Of a stretch of DNA of 32,000 nt, positions 27,155 to 32,000 are shown piece after piece (the stretch's first letter is position 1; each line of letters opens with the position of its first letter). The position numbers and the translations under genes were made by a program. Source of the DNA: Candidatus Brevifilum fermentans (GTDB taxonomy: Bacteria > Chloroflexota > Anaerolineae > Anaerolineales > Anaerolineaceae); the NCBI RefSeq assembly GCF_900184705.1, contig NZ_LT859958.1:793081-825080 (forward strand), in the 5' to 3' direction. Below the pieces are notes generated by a model. That model was not told the origin of the DNA and searched no databases. It was given only the letters and a program-made list of their open reading frames with translations.

Positions 27155-28066
27155 ATGGTTAACAGGCTGGCAAGCGGTGTCAGCCCGGTATTGATTACGG
27201 GTAGAAAAGGATCATTAATTGTGGACAACGCTTTGAGGAAAATCAAAAAAATCATTCACGGAAGACACGCCATTGACGGCGCCGGCGTACACCTGGTGCG
27301 CTTGTTCGGGCACGATGAAACCCAGGATTTCGATCCCTTCCTGCTGATGGACGCCTTCGATTCCACCAACCCCGAGGATTACATCCGCGGATTCCCCTGG
27401 CACCCGCATCGCGGCATTGAGACAGTAACTTACCTGATCAAAGGCGATCTGGAACACGGCGATAGCCTGGGCAACCGGGGCAGCATTCTGGATGGCGACT
27501 GCCAGTGGATGACGGCGGGCTCTGGCATCATTCACCAGGAGATGCCCCAGCCAACGGAGCGCCTTTTGGGCTGCCAGCTCTGGCTTAATTTACCCGCCAG
27601 GGACAAGATGACCGCACCGGCGTATAACGATATCCTGTCTGCTGATGTGCCAGTGGTTGATGAGGACTCAGCCCGTGTGCGTATCATCGCTGGGGCGTAC
27701 AGGGGGCAGCAGGGCGCGTTTGAGGGCAAATTTGTCAAGCCCCTGTACCTGGATATTGAGGTCCAAGCTGGTCAGGTGTGGCAGCTGGATACCGTCCCGA
27801 ACACGACCCTGTTTGTTTATATTCTGTCGGGTTCAGCCGGATTTGACCCCGCAATCGATCAGCAGATTGATGAAAAGAGCGTGGTTTTATTCGATGAAGG
27901 TGAGCGCTTGTGGGTGCGTGCGGGTGCTGCTGGCGTGCGGTTGTTGTTGCTCAACGCGCCCCGGTTGGATGAGCCAATCGCCTGGGGCGGTCCGATTGTG
28001 ATGAATACTCGGGAGGAGCTAAATCAGGCGTTCAGTGAATTGCGCGAGAACACGTTTATTAAGTAA
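27155..28066 (+). CDS. Pirin family protein
   Basis: DPFLLMDAFDSTNPEDYIRGFPWHPHRGIETVTYLIKGDLEHGDSLGNRGSILDGDCQWMTAGSGIIHQEMPQ carries the pirin metal-binding motifs. GTG 27221 is an alternative start. Confidence 0.93.
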   Translation: MVNRLASGVSPVLITGRKGSLIVDNALRKIKKIIHGRHAIDGAGVHLVRLFGHDETQDFDPFLLMDAFDSTNPEDYIRGFPWHPHRGIETVTYLIKGDLEHGDSLGNRGSILDGDCQWMTAGSGIIHQEMPQPTERLLGCQLWLNLPARDKMTAPAYNDILSADVPVVDEDSARVRIIAGAYRGQQGAFEGKFVKPLYLDIEVQAGQVWQLDTVPNTTLFVYILSGSAGFDPAIDQQIDEKSVVLFDEGERLWVRAGAAGVRLLLLNAPRLDEPIAWGGPIVMNTREELNQAFSELRENTFIK

Positions 28067-28125
28067 CACGGGTTAAATTCGCCTGGACAAACGAGCCATT
28101 CCGATTGCCCGGCGAACACTTGTAG

Positions 28126-28178
28126 ATCATCAACAACAGCCGCGAAAGAGACCTTTCGCGGCTGTTTGTGTTGATGAT
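28126..28178. terminator. Long stem-loop between convergent genes, candidate bidirectional terminator/barrier
   Basis: ATCATCAACAACAGCCGCGAAAG (28126-28148) pairs with CTTTCGCGGCTGTTTGTGTTGATGAT (28153-28178): 14 bp perfect plus 9 bp across a 3-nt bulge, with a 4-nt loop. There is no strong U-run. Confidence 0.6.
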
Positions 28179-28188
28179 GATTGTTGTT

Positions 28189-29691
28189 TTACACAGCTTT
28201 TATTTCTGTCGGAGTTTCCTGGCCGACATCCAGGCTTTCTAATTCTTCTGGTGGTTCTTCGGTCTTTTTCTCGACCATTTTCCAGGCGTGCATGGCAAGC
28301 GATAGGGCAATGACGCCGTAAGAGACGAACACCCGGAAATATTCACCGATCTGGGCATTGTCGAACAGGTTTTTACCCGCTTGCGGGGCGACGATGAACA
28401 GGGTATGGAAGAGGATCACACCGATGATGGCTTGTTTATTGGTCGCTTTTTGGACCGAAGCCCCGCCGACCAGCAATGCAGCGATGGCAAATTGTGCAAT
28501 TTGCAGGTGTGCGCCGTAGGTGGCAAAGGTGCCAATATTCTGCAGATAGATCAACTGCCCCCAACTCGCCAGAACGGTAGAAATGATCATGGCAATGACT
28601 CGAGTCTGGTTGACATTGATTCCTGACGCCAGGGCGACGCTCTGGCTCTGTCCGGTCGTGCGCATATTCTGACCCAAACGCGTATCGAGGATTTTCTGGT
28701 TAAACAGGCATAGCACACCAATTAACAGGAAAGGCAACACCGGCATTTTAACGGTCAGAAGTATTGTTTCTATTTCCGGAATGTATGTTGCAGCATACAG
28801 CGCTGCGCACAGGATGATGGTCAGCACTGGTTTGCGGATGGAGTACTCTTCCTCTTTTAAGATCAGTTTCTTCCGCACAATATTGATTAGCTGTAAAACC
28901 GCAATGACGATCAAGCCGATGGTAACAGCACTCAGCAATTCCAATCGATCTGCGAATAAAAAGGTTTCAATGACCGGGATATAGGAAATCCCAAATAGAA
29001 CTGCAATCACCGCAAACTGGAAGAAATCGCTACGTTTGAGTGTGTATTTCTTCAAAAAGTGAAGGACAACTTTAACAACCGTTATCGCCAGGATTCCATA
29101 GAACACAACGGTGAGGATATCCAGCATGCGAATCGCGTCAAGAGAATATTTTAAGGTACCTGCGAGGTCGATGGTATTCTTTACACCCACGCCATGAGAG
29201 ATGATCAGGGTCGGGTTGTCGACCGGGATGACCCCACCGATGAGAACCAGGAATAACAACTGGTAAAGCCCATCGGCAAAAAAGCCCAGGATCAAGCCGG
29301 CAATCATTTCAGTGCCTTTCATCCTGTTGAAGAGCTTGCCAACCAGAAAACCAAAAAATGCGGCAATCGGGGTAGCAATCAATACACACAGCATCATGCC
29401 ACCGAATCCCCCAATGCCCCAATGAACGACCCAAAATAAGGCGATTTGAGCAGCAATAGCACCGATGACCATGCCAAAGTTCAACCCTAACCCGGCGATG
29501 ACAGGAATAATCAGCGCCAGGACCGTGAATGTATTTCTGCCGATGCGGGTGATGACACCATCGACGATGAACGTCATCGGGCTGCCGGATAGCAAAATGG
29601 CACCAAGACAGACCAGAGCGAAGGCAATCATTACCTTGTTTTCGAAAAGGTATGAGCCGATATTTTTGCTAATTGTTTTTATCTTCGTCAT
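28189..29691 (-). CDS. ABC transporter permease (ribose/nucleoside BPD_transp_2 type)
   Basis: Multi-pass protein with GGVIPVDNPTLIISHGVGVKN...LDTRLGQNMRTTGQSQSVALASGINVNQTRVIAMIISTVLASWGQLIYLQNIG. ATGA overlap with the upstream permease. Confidence 0.85.
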   Translation of the reverse strand: MTKIKTISKNIGSYLFENKVMIAFALVCLGAILLSGSPMTFIVDGVITRIGRNTFTVLALIIPVIAGLGLNFGMVIGAIAAQIALFWVVHWGIGGFGGMMLCVLIATPIAAFFGFLVGKLFNRMKGTEMIAGLILGFFADGLYQLLFLVLIGGVIPVDNPTLIISHGVGVKNTIDLAGTLKYSLDAIRMLDILTVVFYGILAITVVKVVLHFLKKYTLKRSDFFQFAVIAVLFGISYIPVIETFLFADRLELLSAVTIGLIVIAVLQLINIVRKKLILKEEEYSIRKPVLTIILCAALYAATYIPEIETILLTVKMPVLPFLLIGVLCLFNQKILDTRLGQNMRTTGQSQSVALASGINVNQTRVIAMIISTVLASWGQLIYLQNIGTFATYGAHLQIAQFAIAALLVGGASVQKATNKQAIIGVILFHTLFIVAPQAGKNLFDNAQIGEYFRVFVSYGVIALSLAMHAWKMVEKKTEEPPEELESLDVGQETPTEIKAV

Positions 29692-30803
29692 TGGTTTTCG
29701 CCTTTCGCTTTTGAAAGTGCATACAAGATGATGCCGTTTGAAATGATGATTCTGAGGACTTCAGGCAGTACACCAATTTGAATCACGACGTTCACCACCG
29801 GTAATGCTGTTACCAGAATACCTTGAAACAGCAGGGTACCAATAATGACATGAGGTATGGCTGCTCTGTGAACGGATGCTCCACCGATCAAAATGGCTGC
29901 AACACTGGCAAACCCCATCATCAACGGTGCGTTGTACAATTGTAGGAAGCCGTAGGTTTGCGCGTACATAATGATGCCAACGGCGCCAAACACCGTTGAA
30001 ATAACCGTTCCTAAGATACGGGTTCGGTCAACATTGATGCCACTCGAGGTTGTAAAGGTTGGATTTTCACCGCCGGCGCTCATGGCGATACCCGCTTTGC
30101 TTTGTAAAAAGAGCCAAATAACGAAGGCGCATAATACAAAAACAAGGATTAATCCCAGGGGAATGGTGACGCCGCCGACATTAAAAGCCAGCCACTTCAG
30201 CCATGCGGGTTGGGTATCTTGTATCACAGTGGGTTCACTGAGTAAACCCCCAAAGCTTCCCGCCAGGCTGGCCGTGTTACGCAGACCTTTTCCCTGCAAA
30301 GGCCAGCTCAGTTCGCCGTTTTGGAAGGAAAATGAAAGCCAAACGATGTTCATAAAGGCAATCACTGAAAAGCCAACATAGGTTGACACGGTCATTTCAG
30401 AGCCTTTTACCCTGTTGAGCAGCAACCCATATAAATATCCGAGGACTGCCGCAATGACGATGCCAATGGCAAGGGCTAAAAGAATGGTGAGCCATGGATT
30501 GGCGGCGCCGAATTTTTCAGCCCAGTTGTTAACAAAACTTACCTCCATGGATAAAACTGCCCCTAAAAGACCAGCGGAGATGCCGATTGAGATGCCAAAA
30601 TTCATCCCGATTCCGCTTTGAACACCCGGGATCATGGCAAGTACCAGGATACTGTACATTAAAACACGTCGAAGGACATCGCTGAACAATACGCCCGGAT
30701 CGAATCCCACAGCCAGTGAGGTTATCAGCAAAAGTATGAAGAAAAGCCCAATGATCAACCTGGGCAGGCCGACATTGTCAATGATGGTTTTTAATTTTTT
30801 CAT
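29688..30803 (-). CDS. ABC transporter permease (ribose/nucleoside BPD_transp_2 type)
   Basis: GIGMNFGISIGISAGLLGAVLSMEVSF...KAGIAMSAGGENPTFTTSSGINVDRTRILGTVISTVFGAVGIIMYAQTYGFLQLY. ATGA overlap with the upstream ATPase gene. Confidence 0.87.
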   Translation of the reverse strand: MKKLKTIIDNVGLPRLIIGLFFILLLITSLAVGFDPGVLFSDVLRRVLMYSILVLAMIPGVQSGIGMNFGISIGISAGLLGAVLSMEVSFVNNWAEKFGAANPWLTILLALAIGIVIAAVLGYLYGLLLNRVKGSEMTVSTYVGFSVIAFMNIVWLSFSFQNGELSWPLQGKGLRNTASLAGSFGGLLSEPTVIQDTQPAWLKWLAFNVGGVTIPLGLILVFVLCAFVIWLFLQSKAGIAMSAGGENPTFTTSSGINVDRTRILGTVISTVFGAVGIIMYAQTYGFLQLYNAPLMMGFASVAAILIGGASVHRAAIPHVIIGTLLFQGILVTALPVVNVVIQIGVLPEVLRIIISNGIILYALSKAKGENQ

Positions 30804-32000
30804 GCCAAAACCTCCTCTCGCACGCCAGCCATGGCAAGGCCATAGGCAGAATCGGGGTCATCGGGGTCCATAATGGAGAATAGTCCACCTTCAAAGACGA
30901 TACCGATCCGGTCACACAACGAGCGTAATTCCACCAATTCGGAACTGATCATAATAATGGTGGTGCCCTGTTCCCGATTGATTTTCAGAAGATAATCTAA
31001 AACGAGTTTCTTTGCGCCAATATCAATGCCGCGAGTGGGTTCTGATACGATCAGAATATTTGGGTTCATCGTCAGCGCGCGCGCCAGGCAGACTTTTTGC
31101 TGGTTTCCGCCGGAAAGGCTACCACTTGTTTGTGAAGGACCTGTGCAGCGGATATCCAGAAGTTTGATCATCTCCTGGGTGTGTTGTTCTGCTCTTGTTT
31201 TGTCAATAAATTTTAAGCCCGCAAATTTTTTAAGAAATTCTTCTTTTATTTGAATTGCTGAAAATACGATGTTGAGCTGAATCGATTCGCCCAGAAGCAA
31301 TCCGACCCCTCGTCGATCTTCCGACACAAAGGCGATATCGTTGCGCAGTGCCTCGCCCAATTTGCTGAGATCGAGTTTTTTCCCATGGACAATAATATCT
31401 CCCCTGGTTTCAAACAACCCCATTATGCCATTGATGATGCCAATTTTTCCCTGTCCAGCCAGGCCACCGAAACCAAATATTTCACCTTCGCGAATGCGGA
31501 CATCAATGCCTTTGACCATTTCCCCAGGCATGTCCACTTGAAAATTTCTTAATTCCAGGGCAATTTTCTCATCTGATATTTTGCGCTCGTTGATTTGATC
31601 TTCGTCTTCTTGCCTTTCGACTGACCGACCGATCATCAACTGGGCAATTTCAACCAGGTTGGTGTCTTTAACATTTTTTCGAGCGACAAGCTCTCCGTCA
31701 CGGAGGATCGACATGCTATCCGCAACCATCATGACCTCAGTCAGACGGTGGGTGATAAAAATGATGGCGATGCCTTTACTGGCAATGATCCGCATGATTT
31801 CAAGCAAGCGTTCCGCCTCACCTTCAGTGAGTACCGCTGTTGGCTCATCAAATACGAGGAGCTTGATACCCGTTTTATCGATCTCGCGCGCGATTTCTAC
31901 AAACTGTCGGTAACCAATTGGCATGCCTGATATTTTGGCATATTCATCAATATCCATGCCAATGTCATCAAGTGCACGCCTGGCATCTGCTGCCATTTTC
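30800..32000 (-). CDS. Sugar/nucleoside-type ABC importer ATPase (two nucleotide-binding domains), 5' end beyond the window
   Basis: LLVFDEPTAVLTEGEAERLL and FITHRLTEV in NBD1; SGSLSGGNQQKVCLARALTMNPNILIVSEPTRGIDIGAKK in NBD2. The Walker A of NBD1 is missing, so the ORF-track start (31996) is not a real start. Confidence 0.9.
   Translation of the reverse strand, partial: KMAADARRALDDIGMDIDEYAKISGMPIGYRQFVEIAREIDKTGIKLLVFDEPTAVLTEGEAERLLEIMRIIASKGIAIIFITHRLTEVMMVADSMSILRDGELVARKNVKDTNLVEIAQLMIGRSVERQEDEDQINERKISDEKIALELRNFQVDMPGEMVKGIDVRIREGEIFGFGGLAGQGKIGIINGIMGLFETRGDIIVHGKKLDLSKLGEALRNDIAFVSEDRRGVGLLLGESIQLNIVFSAIQIKEEFLKKFAGLKFIDKTRAEQHTQEMIKLLDIRCTGPSQTSGSLSGGNQQKVCLARALTMNPNILIVSEPTRGIDIGAKKLVLDYLLKINREQGTTIIMISSELVELRSLCDRIGIVFEGGLFSIMDPDDPDSAYGLAMAGVREEVLA

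Noticed and set aside
26959-27255. Small ORFs 26959-27162 (+) and 27040-27255 (-) between the HDAC-like and pirin genes
   Set aside because: They overlap the predicted pirin promoter and 5' region and show no family features.
1-32000. CRISPR array, transposon/IS, phage genes, toxin-antitoxin or defence island
   Set aside because: I saw no regularly spaced direct repeats, transposase/integrase motifs or recognisable defence genes. The CPBP protease is a general family and is not evidence of defence on its own.

Overview
This is mostly ordinary bacterial housekeeping sequence. Gene content and style suggest a Chloroflexota/Anaerolineae-like genome, but that is inference and was not tested. From left to right, the + strand carries nusA (cut by the left edge), rnpM/ylxR, infB, rbfA, an nrnA-like DHH phosphoesterase, truB, ribF and a tandem-domain ThyX-like gene. 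These are followed by a CPBP membrane protease, a tRNA-Trp-type T-box leader with a trpB2-type tryptophan synthase beta gene, an unrecognised ~255 aa protein and a membrane pyrophosphatase (hppA). A - strand cluster follows: ftsB/divIC-like, methyltransferase, MazG-like, LOG-like, short-form proS and a HEAT/AlkD-like gene, with tRNA-Leu(CAG) upstream. Next come a cold-shock gene with its own promoter and terminator, ydcF-like and patB/malY-like genes, a UbiA-like gene, a pncC/CinA-C gene, a CNNM/CorC-like transporter, a histidine phosphatase, a histone-deacetylase-family gene and a pirin gene. The right end is a - strand ABC importer cluster (two permeases and an ATPase cut by the right edge). 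I found no CRISPR array, mobile element, phage or convincing defence system. The best non-coding signals are (1) the T-box leader at ~9127-9450 with a TGG specifier, a mutually exclusive terminator/antiterminator and an extra upstream terminator-like hairpin; (2) nested inverted repeats around the cold-shock promoter and 5' end; (3) a tandem ThyX-like protein whose catalytic motif is divergent in both halves; and (4) a long stem-loop between convergent pirin and ABC genes.
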